The notes below the pieces were generated by a model. That model saw nothing but the letters and a program-made list of their open reading frames with translations, ran no database searches and was not told the DNA's origin. The translations under genes were made by a program, and so were the position numbers. Shown one piece after another: positions 28,663-41,500 of a stretch of DNA of 64,000 nt; position 1 is the first letter of the stretch; every line of letters starts with the position of its first letter. Where the stretch lies: positions 3,657,716 to 3,721,715 of the forward strand of contig CAVNZM010000005.1 in assembly GCA_963693365.1 (NCBI GenBank). Direction: 5' to 3'. The stretch is from Amoebidium appalachense. Its lineage: Eukaryota; Protista; Ichthyosporea.

Positions 28663-31600
28663 GTGGTTGCAGGTGCCTCCATGGCAGTTCCCGTGCGCAG
28701 AGGCTTGGACCCTTGCACCTCCACCACCGAGGATTGCGCCCTATTTGGCCAAACAAACCCGACCACGACAACGAAGACCTACCCCACAACCACCACCACC
28801 ACAACAAAGACCACCACCCAGGCCACGACCACAACCACCACCAAGACCTACCCTACCACCACCACCACCACCACAACGAAGACCTACCCAACCACCACCA
28901 CCACCCCGGCCACAACCACCACCACCACCACCAAGACCTACCCTACCACCACCACCACCACCACCACAACTAAGACCTACCCAACCACCACCACCACAAC
29001 CACCACCACGACCTACCCTACCACCACCAGCACCACCACAACGAAGACCTACCCAACCAACGAAGACCTACCCTACAACCACCACCACCCCGGCCACCAC
29101 CACCACCACCACCATCAAGACCTACCCTACCACCATCACCAGCACCACCCAAGCCACGACCACGACAACGAAGACATACCCCACAACCACCACCGCCACA
29201 ACAAAGACCACCACCCAGGCCACGACCACAACCACCACCAAGACCTACCCTACGTATACCACCACCACCACCACAACAACAAAGACCTACCCAACAACCA
29301 CCACCCCCCAAGCCACCACCACGACAACGAAGACTTACCCAAGAACCACCACCACAACAACAAAGACCACCACCCAGGCCACGACCACAACCACCACCAA
29401 GACCTACCCTACCACCACCACCACCACCACAACGAAGACCTACCCAACCACCACCACCACCCCGGCCACAACCACCACCACCACCACCAAGACCAACCCT
29501 CCCACCACCACCACCACCACCACAACGAAGACCTACCCTACAACCACAACCACCACAACTAAGACCTACCCAACCACCACCACCACCCCGGCCACCACCA
29601 CCACAACCACCACCACGACCTACCCTACCACCACCAGCACCACCACAACGAAGACCTACCCAACCACCACCACCACCCTGGCCACCACCACCACCACCAC
29701 CACCACCAAGACCTACCCTACCACCACCACCACCCCGGCCACCACCACCACCACCACCATCAAGACCTACCCTACCACCATCACCAGCACCACCCAAGCC
29801 ACGACCACGACAACGAAGACATACCCCACAACCACCACCACCACAACAAAGACCACCACCCAGGCCACGACCACAACCACCACCAAGACCTACCCTACGT
29901 ATACCACCATCACCACAACAACAACAAAGACCTACCCAACCACCACCACCCCCCAAGCCACCACCACGACAACGAAGACTTACCCAACAACCACCACCAC
30001 AACAACAAAGACCACCACCCAGGCCAGGACCACAACCACCACCAAGACCTACCCTACCACCACCACCACTACCACAACGAAAACCTACTCAACCACCACC
30101 ACCACCCAAGCCACCACCACGACAACCAAGACCTACCCCACAACCACCACCACCACAAAAACGACCACCACCCAGGCCACGACCACAACCACCACCAAGA
30201 CCTACCCTACCACCACCACCACCACCGCAACGAAGACCTACCCAACCACCACCACCACCCCGGGCACCCCCACCACCAGCACCACCAAGACCTACCCTAT
30301 CACCACTACCAGCACCACCCAAGCCACGACCACGACAACGAAGACTTACCCAACAACAACCACCACCACAACAAAGACCACCACCCAGGCCACGACCACG
30401 ACCACCACCAAGACCTACCCTACCACCACCACCACCACCACCGAAGCCACCACCACGACAACGAAGACTTACCCAACAACAACCACCACCACAACAAAGA
30501 CCACCACCCAGGCCACGACCACGACCACCACCAAGACCTACCCTACCACCACCACCACCACCACCCAAGCCACCACCACGACAACGAAGACTTACCCCAC
30601 AACATCCACCACCACAACAAAGACCACCACCCGGGCCACGACCACGACCACCACCAAGACCTACCCTACCACCACCACCACCACCACCCAAGCCACCACC
30701 ACGACAACGAAGACTTACCCAACAACCACCACAACAACAACAACGACCACCACCCAGGCCACGACCACAACCACTACCAAGACCTACCCTACCACCACCA
30801 CCACCACCACCACAACGAAGACCTACCCCACAACCACAACCACCACAACTAAGACCTACCCCACAATTACCACCACCACAACGAAGACCTACCCAACCAC
30901 CACCACCACCCCGGCCACCACCACCACCACCACCACCAAGACCTACCCTACCACCATCACCAGCACCACCCAATCCACGACCACGACAACGAAGACATAC
31001 CCCACAACCACCACCACCACAACAAAGACCACCACCCAGGCCACGACCACAACCACCACCAAGACCTACCCTACCACCACCACCACCACCACAACGAAAT
31101 CCTACCCAACCACCACCACCACCCAACCCACCACCACGACAACCAAGACCTACCCCACAACCACGACCACCACAACAAAAACCACCACCCAGGCCACGAC
31201 CACAACCACCACCAAGACCTACCCTACCACCACCACCACCACCACCGCAACGAAGACCTACCCAACCACCACCACCACCCCGGGCACCACCACCACCAGC
31301 ACCACCAAGACCTACCCAACCACCACCACCACCCCGGCCACCACCACCACCACCACCAAGACCTACCCTACCACCACTACCAGCACCACCCAAGCCACGA
31401 CCACGACAACGAAGACTTACCCAACAACAACCACCACCACAACAAGGACCACCACCCAGGCCACGACCACGACCACCACCAAGACCTACCCTACCACCAC
31501 CACCAGCAGCACCCAAGCCACCACCACGACAACGAAGACTTACCCAACAACAACCACCACCACAACACAGACCACCACCCAGGCCACGACCACGACCACC

Positions 31601-33404
31601 ACCAAGACCTACCCTACCACCACCACCACCACCACCCAAGCCACCACCACGACAACGAAGACTTCCCCAACAACAACGACCACTACAGCAAAGACCACCA
31701 CCCAGGCCACGCCCACAACCACCACCAAGACCTACCCTACCACCACTACCAGCAGCACCCAAGCCACCACCACGACAACGAAGACTTACCCAACAACAAC
31801 CACCACCACAACAAAGACCACCACCCAGGCCACGACCACGACCACCACCAAGACCTACCCTACCACCACCACCAGCAGCACCCAAGCCACCACCACGACA
31901 ACGAAGACTTACCCAACAACAACCACCACCACAACAAAGACCACCACCCAGGCCACGACCACCACCACCACCAAGACCTACCCTACCACCACCACCACCA
32001 CCACCCAAGCCACCACCACGACAACGAAGACTTACCCAACAACAACCACCACTACAACAAAGACCACCACCCAGGCCACGACCACGACCACCACCAAGAC
32101 CTACCCTACCACCACCACCACCACCACCCAAGCCACCACCACGACAACGAAGACTTACCCAACAACATCCACCACCACAACAAAGACCACCACCCAGGCC
32201 ACGACCACAACCACCACCAAGACCTACCTTACCACCACCACCACCACCACCCAAGCCACCACCACGACAACGAAGACTTACCCAACAACCACCACCACAA
32301 CAACAAAGACCACCACCCAGGCCACGACCACAACAACCACCAAGACCTACCCTACCACCACCACCACAACAACCACCACCACCACAGCAAAGACCACCAC
32401 CCAGGCCACTACCACAACCACCACCAAGACCTACCCTACCACCACCACCACCACCACCACAACGAAGACCTACCCCACAACCACAACCACCACAACTAAG
32501 ACCTACCCCACAATTACCACCACCACAACGAAGACCTACCCAACCACTACCACCACCCCGGCCACCACCACCACAACCACCACCACGACCTACCCTACCA
32601 CCACCAGCACCACCACAACGAAGACCTACCCAACCACCACCACCACCCTGGCCACCACCACCACCACCACCACCACCAAGACCTACCCTACCACCACCAC
32701 CACCCCGGCCACCACCACCACCACCACCACCAAGACCTACCCTACCACCATCACCAGCACCACCCAAGCCACGACCACGACAACGAAGACATACCCCACA
32801 ACCACCACCACCACAACAAAGACCACCACCCAGGCCACGACCACAACCCCCACCAAGACCTACCCCACCACCACCACCACCACCACAACGAAATCCTACC
32901 CAACCACCACCACCACCCAAGCCACCACGACGACAACCAAGACCTACCCCACAACCACCACCACCACAACAAAGACCACCACCCAGGCCACGACCACAAC
33001 CACCACCAAGACCTACCCTACCACCACCACCACCACCGCAACGAAGACCTACCCAACCACCACCACCACCCCGGGCACCACCACCACCAGCACCACCAAG
33101 ACCTACCCAACCACCACCACCACCCCAGCCACCACCACCACCACCACCAAGACCTACCCTACCACCACTACCAGCACCACCCAAGCCACGACCAGGACAA
33201 CGAAGACCTACCCCACAACCACCACCACCACAGCAAAGACCACCACCCAGGCCACGCCCACAACCACCACCAAGACCTACCCTACCACCACCAGCAGCAG
33301 CACCCAAGCCACGACCACGACAACGAAGACTTACCCCACAACCACCACCACCACAGCAAAGACCACCACCCAGGCTACGCCCACAACCACCACCAAGACC
33401 TACC
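28663..33404 (+). pseudogene. Thr-rich mucin-like secreted or cell-wall protein, 5' part (interrupted by LTR element A)
   Basis: VVAGASMAVPVRRGLDPCTSTTEDCALFGQT, then about 4.6 kb of TTTTKTYPTTTT/TTTQATTT repeats. Frameshift at ~29058. Start codon not identified. The reading frame is cut at the TSD CTACC (33400-33404). Confidence 0.8.
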
Positions 33405-34014
33405 TGTAAACATCTGTACACGCCGTACATGTTTACTATTACGAATATACTGTACATATCATAGTGATCACGTAGATATTGTGTACATATGATCAGATCA
33501 ATATCACACGCGACAGCCGCGGGCTGCAGCTCACGACTGAGCCGCGGCGCCGGCAATATGCAGTGGCCGTGCAGTCAGTATGAACCAATAGAATTCGAGA
33601 ACCGCTAGGATAGGAATGCAAGTCTCATCCACTACGGAGGCGACATCTATAGCTAAACGAACGGAACCAATAAGGAAATCAGACCCAGTTGCATAAACCT
33701 AAACGGGCTTAAGTATTGACCAATCATTTGCCACAAAGTTATCCTTTTAGTTAGCTTCATGTTATTGGTGCACTGTGTGCACATAAAGACGACCGCACTC
33801 TTCTGACTGGTCAGAAGTCACGAAGGCATCAATGCCACCCATCCAGATGATCCGGAACCTGGGGGCTATATAAACAAGCCGTCCCAGTACGGGGGATCAC
33901 TCTGAACGAGCACATTAAATAGTAACCTGGCCGCGTATGCCTTACTACCCGTTCTCTGTCTTTATTCTGATTCAGTTGTTCTCTGCCTTATCCCAACTAG
34001 TTCAACTGTTTACA
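33405..34014 (+). repeat. 5' LTR of element A (610 bp)
   Basis: Direct repeat of 48963-49574. By eye it differs by 2 substitutions and one 2-bp indel. Contains CCAAT boxes and TATATAAA (~33867). Confidence 0.97.
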
Positions 34015-34015
34015 T

Positions 34016-34029
34016 TGGCGACCGCGCAG
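34016..34029 (+). promoter_or_regulatory. Primer-binding site of element A (tRNA-Arg type)
   Basis: TGGCGACCGCGCAG one base after the LTR. Complementary to a tRNA 3' end ...CGCGGUCGCCA, as found in eukaryotic tRNA-Arg isoacceptors (from recall). Confidence 0.75.
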
Positions 34030-34066
34030 TTCCAGAATCTCACATCTTTCAAGAATCTCTTCAACC

Positions 34067-36067
34067 ATGGCGGGCGAATTTGACGACTACCCTGTACTCT
34101 CGGACAATGAAAGCAAACTGACACGTGACACCAAGAAGCCTACCGCAGTCAAACCGCCGCCCCCAACGCAGAAGAAAGCCAAGACTCCGGGGCAGGGCAC
34201 GAAAACACTCCCCACCCCTCCCCCTACACAGCCTCGTGCTCCCCAGAAACCGAACACGATCACAAAACCCAACACACACACGAACACAAAGGCAACTATG
34301 AAGCCCACTGGCAACGAACAAACGAAGCCCAACGAAAGCACGAAACCCAAAGACAAAACGAAGCGCAACGAACACACGAAAACCAACGAACATACGAACA
34401 CCAACGAACACACGAACACCAACAAACACACGAACGAACTTCAAGTAGCAACGAAGGAAAAAACGAAACAAGACCGGGACACTGCCACAGCTCTGGCAGA
34501 GGTGCGGGGCCGTGTTCTCTCCAAGTTCTATCGTATTGAAACTCTGAGACGTGCCATTCAAACTGTAATCGATGCTGGGCGGCCTGTGATGGACCTCGAA
34601 GCTGATGTCGCGCAGATTTACAGTGAGATTTCGCAGATGGAAGACACCACACTGTCTAGAATGTTGTGCACGTCCGCGAAATGGTCTGAGTTGGAGCGGG
34701 AAGCACAGTTGGTGGCTGAGGCACGTGTGAAAAATACGACGGTGCCCACCACCCCCCGTCCTCCCCCACCCACCACAGGCAAGAAGCCTTTGTCCCCGGT
34801 CCCATCTGGGTGCACTGATCCCAAGGTAATTGCACCTCCCGCACCCCCCACTAAATTTACATATAAGGATGTGCTTGCGCGCACACTCAGCTACACTGAT
34901 TCTGATGCTGAAAATGAAGAAAAACACGAACAAAGTTACGAAGACACACCCACAAACGAAAACGAACACATGACTGCGAAAGTGCATGAAGAAGATCACT
35001 TCGACCAGCCTAAAGCACCCGTATTTAACGAAATCCCCCTTGCAGGATCCCCTCTGGCGTCTGCAGGTGGACTGGCAGGCACGCCAAGTCGCCCGAGAGG
35101 CTCTGATGTCAGCACAGGCTCAGGAGGTAAGGCTGGGTCTATATTGAACAAGCACTTTGCAGAGCACGAAAAACTGTGGTTGCACCCTCTCCGCCAGTTG
35201 CATGCATCCGAATACGGCCCCATCTTGGCTGCATTGAAACTACCAGAATACAAGGGTGACTTGCAGGATAAATGCACGGTGATTGAATGGCTGCACGAAT
35301 TTTCCCAGCAGATGTTTTGCATTGCAGGGGTCCCCCCCACACTTGCTGTTCGCTGGGCGGTGCAGTGCTTTCCTCTTGCTTCCCCCGCCCGTGTGTGGTA
35401 CACGAATTTTACCAGGACACAGGGAGAACTCACGTTTGATGCATTTGCACATGCACTAGTTACGAAATTTCACGACCAGCGTGTGCAAGAGGCACTCAGT
35501 GCCGAATTAAATGCACTCAAACAAGGCAAGCAAAAGGTGGCCGAATTTGCAAGCAGGCATGCGCGTTTGTGGGCACGTGTGTACCCCCTTAAGTCTGAGG
35601 CACACCAAATTTTGGATTTGTCTCACCGATTGGGTGGGGAAGACGAACAAGAATTTCGCAAATATCAACTCAGACAAACACGAAAAGAAGAAGAATTGAC
35701 CCTGTCTGGAGTTGTTGCCTATCTCGCAGAAAAAGAAAGAGACAGGCACACACGAACCCCATCCACCATTCTAACACAGAAACCCCCCACAAAACAGCAA
35801 CCCGGTGGTGGATCTGGTGCCAGCGAGAAGCCGTCTATTTTTTCGCGCATGGGCACCACCCCCTGCAACCGTGGGTGCAAGTACGGCAGCCACGCCGAAG
35901 GCAAGACGTGCCCGGCCCTCAAATTCGAATGCCACTCCTGCAAGCAGAAGGGGCACTTTGGGGGGTCACCAATTTGCCCCAAGTACGACCCCAACTTTAA
36001 GAAGGGAACCCGCAAGGCAGAGATTGAGGCTAATCGGGCCAAGTTCAAGAGAGCACGTGTAGAATAG
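34067..36067 (+). CDS. gag: Gag of element A
   Basis: 666-aa ORF after the PBS. Capsid-like segment ARVWY...FAHALVTKF...ELNALKQGKQKVAEF and a double Cys/His knuckle CNRGCKYGSH...CPALKFECHSCKQKGHF...C. Ends in a single TAG in frame with pol. Confidence 0.92.
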   Translation: MAGEFDDYPVLSDNESKLTRDTKKPTAVKPPPPTQKKAKTPGQGTKTLPTPPPTQPRAPQKPNTITKPNTHTNTKATMKPTGNEQTKPNESTKPKDKTKRNEHTKTNEHTNTNEHTNTNKHTNELQVATKEKTKQDRDTATALAEVRGRVLSKFYRIETLRRAIQTVIDAGRPVMDLEADVAQIYSEISQMEDTTLSRMLCTSAKWSELEREAQLVAEARVKNTTVPTTPRPPPPTTGKKPLSPVPSGCTDPKVIAPPAPPTKFTYKDVLARTLSYTDSDAENEEKHEQSYEDTPTNENEHMTAKVHEEDHFDQPKAPVFNEIPLAGSPLASAGGLAGTPSRPRGSDVSTGSGGKAGSILNKHFAEHEKLWLHPLRQLHASEYGPILAALKLPEYKGDLQDKCTVIEWLHEFSQQMFCIAGVPPTLAVRWAVQCFPLASPARVWYTNFTRTQGELTFDAFAHALVTKFHDQRVQEALSAELNALKQGKQKVAEFASRHARLWARVYPLKSEAHQILDLSHRLGGEDEQEFRKYQLRQTRKEEELTLSGVVAYLAEKERDRHTRTPSTILTQKPPTKQQPGGGSGASEKPSIFSRMGTTPCNRGCKYGSHAEGKTCPALKFECHSCKQKGHFGGSPICPKYDPNFKKGTRKAEIEANRAKFKRARVE

Positions 36068-39000
36068 GAAGGCGGGCAAGGGACTGGTCTCTCCCCAGTA
36101 GAACATAATGTATTTGATTTAATAGCAGAGCTGGAACTGTGTTCCCCTCTGGCAGATAAATTGCAAAATAAATCTACTGGTGCGGAAATTTCGGTTGTCT
36201 CGGAGCCCTCCCACGAATCTGCATGTGCCCCACCCCCCCACGAACAGTTACCCCCGTGTACTGACCCCCCCATGCACACGCACACCCCGCCCCCGCGCAA
36301 AAAGAAAAATGTGCATTTTGCTGACCGTGTGCACTCCTCCATTGCAGAACCACGGCATGAAAATGCCACTGTGTGCACATTAACCCACGAAAATAAATGC
36401 ACAGCCACACTTGCGCGAATGTATGTGCATGGGAAGCTAGTCACAGTAGTTGTCGACTCTGGTGCTAGCCATAGCTGTATAAGCACAGCATTTTACGAAT
36501 CTCTCCCTGTAGTGGCAAGAAAACGAATTCAGCATGTTCCTAATTTTAGTGTACTGGATGCACAAAGTAACGAAATGACATGCCAAGGAAGTATATCTCT
36601 CACTCTCGCCATTCCCAACGAATCTGCTCTAGTGGTGCACAGATGGCATGTGATTGATAATCTACCATATGATGCCTTATTAGGTGTTGATTTCATGGGG
36701 CCACAACAGGGACGAATTGATTACGGTGCTGCAGAACTTTCGTTCATGTATGCTAAGGGAAATCGCAGGTGCAGTATTCCGGTGTGGTGGTTGCGTGGGA
36801 GTGCGGAGGAGACAGCTGTTTCTCGCGTATTAATTACCACCACAGGTATTCACCTCCCGGTAGATGCGTCAAATATCGCAACGTGTAAAATAAAACTCGC
36901 TGCCGGCGCACCACCACCACGAACTTTAGACTGTTGTATGGGCACAGTGGTTCCATGTGGTCCACTTAATTCACGGGCTTACACAACAGCATGCAGTGTC
37001 ACCAGTTTAGCTCGAATTTCGAATAACGAACCCCCCCTCTCCACTAGCGAAGAAAGTGTGATCGAGGACGAATACGAATGCAAGGTGTTGTTGACTAACA
37101 CATCGGACCATCATGTGTACCTAGGCCCTGGTACGGAGGTGGCCACGTTTATTCCCTTGCAATCAGATGACACTGTTACTCTTTTAGCACGTCCACACTC
37201 CGGTAATGGAACCAGGAGGGCGACAACCCCACACCCTGGCCATCCATTAGGTACCTCTGCTAAAACGAACTTTTCTTCGCAGGAATCAACCGAAGAACCC
37301 AACGAACACGAACCACACACTTTCCAGGCGGCTACTAATATTAACGGTAGTATTAAGGTGTGTGAACGGAGTAAAATTATGAATATGAGTACGAAAGAGA
37401 ACACCACACAGCGCAGTTCCACGAAAATGAATGGTTTTGGTAATCCAGCACGAACAAAACCAGAGGTAGGGCCACCTACTATCGAAGCAGCAGATGGGGC
37501 ACCATCTACCACTGCACTGGAGGATACGAATAATTTACGAAAGCGTACGCACGAATGTACCTCCGACGGGGAAGCCGCCACAGACGACGACTTGCCTTTT
37601 GGGGTCAAACCTCCAGAAGAATACGACATGCCTGGAACTCCCCCAGACCAACGGAAACCGTTGGCGAAACGGATACGAAAACTGCTTAAGAAATGGAAGC
37701 ATGTGTTCTCTGCACACGACAACGACTTTGGTTTGAGTACCTTAGACGAACTGTCGATCGAAGTAACTACCACCATACCACAGTACCGCAGGCCCTATAA
37801 CATCCCACATCACCTTCGCGATAGCCTACACAAACAAATTCAAAATTGGGTAGAGTTTGGAGTGATTGAGCCTGCGTCCAGCCCTTACTCCGCTCCGATG
37901 GTGTTGGTGGCGAAAAAGGACGGGTCTTTAAGAGTCTGCATTGATTTTAGAATGCTGAACTTGATTACGAAGAAAGACGGTTACCCTTTACCACGAATTG
38001 ACATGGCTCTGGGTATGCTCAGAGGTGCCCGCGTGTTTTCCGCACTTGATTTAAACGGTGGTTACCACCAAGTCAAAGTAGCCGATAACGACAAAGAAAA
38101 ACTTGCATTTACCACCCCCTGGGGGCAGTATCAATTCGCACGCGCACCTTTTGGAGTAAGTAACATGCCTGCTGTCTTTTCAAGGATGATGAACCGTGTA
38201 TTCGCTGGTATGCTGTGGACACATGTACTCATATATCTCGATGATATATTAGTTATGTCACCCACTATCGAAGAACATTTTGGGCATTTAGATTCATGTT
38301 TTTCCCGGCTCTGTGATGCAGGATTAAAACTGAAAGGCAGAAAATGCTCTTTGTTCATGGAAGAAGTTGGCTATTTAGGCCATCGCGTATGCCCGGATGG
38401 TATTAAGGTAGACCCAGAAAAAGTGGCAGCAATAAAGAATAAAAGCTACCCACAAAATTTATCTGAGCTACGAAGTGACCTCGGGTTATTTTCATATTAT
38501 CGAATATTTGTGGACGATTTCAGCCATACGGCTGAACCACTCACGCGAATGCTGGGCACCTCGAAGGAGGATTCAGAATTACTAAAACGAATTCACGCAA
38601 AAATGCCCCCCTCTACGAAACCCGCCAAATGCAACGGCAGCGCAAAACAACGAAAAGACGAAGCAAAAAATTTGCACGCCGATTCTGCAGCTATTTTGGC
38701 CACGAAAAAAAAAAGCACAGAAAAATGCTGCATGGGTGTGGGGTACGGAACAGGAGAAAGCATACGATACCCTTAAGAATGCGTTAATTAATGCACCTGT
38801 GCTTGCTCACCCCGATTTCACCAAACCTTTTATTGTTGACTCAGATGCTTCACAGTATGCTCTGGGCGCAGTGATTTCGCAGGTAGGTGATGACGGCAAA
38901 GAACGACCCATAGCTTATGCTAGCAGAACACTCTCTAAGAGTGAACGAAATTATGCGGCGAATAAAAGGGAAGCCTTAGGTGTGTATTGGGCTGTGTGCA

Positions 39001-39293
39001 AAGCATTTCGCGCTTACACCTATGGGGCTCCTTTCTTGTTACGAACCGACCACTCCAGCTTGACGCGCATTCTGTCTACCGGCGATGCACCGGAACCTGT
39101 TGTTGCAGGCTGGCAAATGGCGCTTTCCGCATACACATACGAAATTCAGCACAGGGCGGGCAAACACCACAGCAATGCTGATGGACTCTCTCGGCCATCT
39201 AAAGAAAATGCGCAACCAGGACCCGAAGATACTGAGCTGACATACCCCTCACTGATCGGCACAGTCTCGGGCTCGTCCACGGTGTTTGCGGTC
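36068..39293 (+). CDS. pol: Pol of element A, 5' part: aspartic protease, reverse transcriptase, RNase H
   Basis: VVVDSGASHSCI (PR). SPYSAPMVLVAKKDGSLRVCIDFRMLN, LDLNGGYHQV, PFG and YLDD (RT). DSDASQYALGAVISQ, IAYASRTL and HRAGKHHSNADGLSR (RH). One frameshift at the A10 run 38705-38714. Interrupted by element B at ~39291-39293. Confidence 0.95.
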
Positions 39294-41500
39294 TATGTTA
39301 GGGAGAGGCCATTGGTCTGCCTTAGTGATCCGATTCAGAGCCCTGTAATCGTTCACTAGACGCCAAGACCCGTCGGGCTTCTTAACCAATAGCACCGGAC
39401 TTCTCCACGGACTCGAACTATGCTCCACATGACCCTTTTTTAACATATCACTCACTATTATTAGCGCATCCGACAATTTATACTGCTCCATTCTATAGCT
39501 AGGCATCACTACCGGCCTATTATCACCTGTGTCGATCTGCATTTCAAACCCTTTAACGAAGCCTACTTCGTTATCATCGGCCAGAAATGCAAACCGAGTC
39601 CTATCAAATAACTTAGCTAACAATTTTTTCTGTTCTACCGTCCAATCCCCCTCCTTCATACCAAACGGCAATACTAACTCCGGGTTACCCCCATCACAAG
39701 TGGATGCATCCTTATTCACCGGAGTGCCACTTAACATTTCACCTCCTGTATTACATCGGTGCTGCTCGGGGTGAGGTTGAGGTACCTCCGGATATAGGCG
39801 GTCACCCTTAGCACCCCCCCCTCCCCCCGGCACACCAATGCCCCCGGGCAATTCCTGATGAGTTAGTGCATGTATGTGGGGGGCCAGGTCTGTGGCCACC
39901 CTGCCCCCCACGGTGTTGGTTAACCCGTCAGATCCACGGGTTAGACCAACACCCTCCCCCCCTGCCTGCACATTCTCACACCCGGGGTGACCGTCCTTCC
40001 TCGTGGGGGTCGGGGGAGTGGGACCGGTGCTGTCCCGGTCCCCCCCCCATCGTGTCGGGTGACATTTTGGTGGCTAACGTTAAATAAAGTTGTTCCCCCT
40101 CCTCCTGAGTCACCCTTCGAGCCGGCATCCTCCTTTTGGGTAATAAGAGAGACCTCTATACTACCAATCTCATTAGTGAAACTACCGACGGAAACACCTG
40201 ACCTAATCACTATAGGCTCGATGCCCGGATTCACTAATTCTATTTCTATTGTCTTATCCGGCCATACCCTACTAAGGGTCCATTGGGCCACCTCCTGAAA
40301 TGGGGTTTTCGGAGTGAAAACCCCTAAATCCCCTATCCTAACATGATTGCCGGCTCGGACACGTACCGTTTGGCACTGATAAGGCTCGATTACTACTTCA
40401 GCTACCGTTCTAGCACCAGACTGATAACCGTCGAGCCCATCATGGGTTTTAATTTTAACGCCGGACTGTAATTCTAAAACATTCGTACGTTCAAACAAAG
40501 CATTCACATGTCTACGGAAAAATGGGGCTCCCAACAAAACACTTTGAGCTAAATCCTTAACCACATAACAAGCAATATGCATAGCCTGGCCACCTATCTC
40601 ACACGGCAACACACAAACACCTTCCACAGACATACTACTATTATTAGCACTGCCTAAGGCTGTGCTAGAAGCATCTAAAATAGGAATTTCCCCTCCGGCC
40701 TGATTAAAACGACGAATAAACGAAGCATGCACACAATTAACCTGAGCCCCTCCATCGAGCAAAGCAACAGCCTTCAACTTCCCATCGGCTAACCATACGT
40801 CTATATAATGCCGGCTAAAACCAACTAAATCCTCCTCCAATTCAAGCAACACATCATCACTCACACCCAATCCCTGCCCACGAAGACTCACACCCTCGAT
40901 ACCTACGTGCAACATACCTACCTGTGGTGCCTGCACGGGTGGGGTGGGGTGTGTATGTGGTGTGGGTGGTGGTGGAGTGTGTGTGTGTGATGTGTGGGTG
41001 GGTGGTGTGTGTGTGTTTGGTGTATGTGTGGGTGTGTGTGTGGGTGTAGGTGTGTCTGCAACCGTCGTATGTTGTTGTGGTGGTGTGTTTCTACGTGTCT
41101 GTGCCTTCCCCCCCTTCCCCCTTTACTCGTGTGTGTCCCCCCCCCCTCCCGGAAACAATGGCACAGAAACCCCCTCCGGTGTGGTTAGAATAAACACCGG
41201 GTTGGGACAAGAAACACTGAGACCATCCACTTGTGGCTGGGGAACCTCCCCCAACCACAAAACATTCACACCATTCATACCTTTGGTAGAGTCACCCCAC
41301 AAACATTCATGCCATACCACCTCGACGCTGTCTTGAGGACCCACGACGATGCCCGGCTCCCACACGTATCGGGGCGGTGAGGGGGCAAAGGGAAGCTTAG
41401 CCTGGGGTGGGGGAGGGTGAAGGTTCTCTGCAACCTGGGGGGGACCGATACTGTCCCCCCCCCCTCCCTCAGTGACCCCAGCTTCCCCCTCCCCCGGAAC
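39291..41500 (-). pseudogene. pol: Pol fragment of element B (protease, dUTPase-like spacer, RT N-terminus)
   Basis: In frame with gag after TGA, with a further in-frame TAA at 41125-41123. ALLDGGAQVNCV and VLLGAPF (PR). Frameshift in the G-rich stretch before the RT segment (~39950-40030). SSSPWRSPVLLVKKPDGSWRLVNDYRALN...WPLPNID (RT), then truncated. Confidence 0.88.

Noticed and set aside
29018-33556. Long antisense Gly/Cys-rich ORFs and the His-rich or Pro-rich alternative frames of the Thr repeat (also 49493-52802)
   Set aside because: These are shadow frames of the ACC-rich repeat. Only the Thr frame connects to the unique N- and C-terminal sequence.
38700-38720. Programmed frameshifts at the A10 run in pol of A, the C9 run in gag of C (45353-45361) and the G run in the FAM133-like gene (~6380)
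   Set aside because: All lie in homopolymers inside otherwise continuous domains. Sequencing or assembly indels, or decay, are the simpler explanation.
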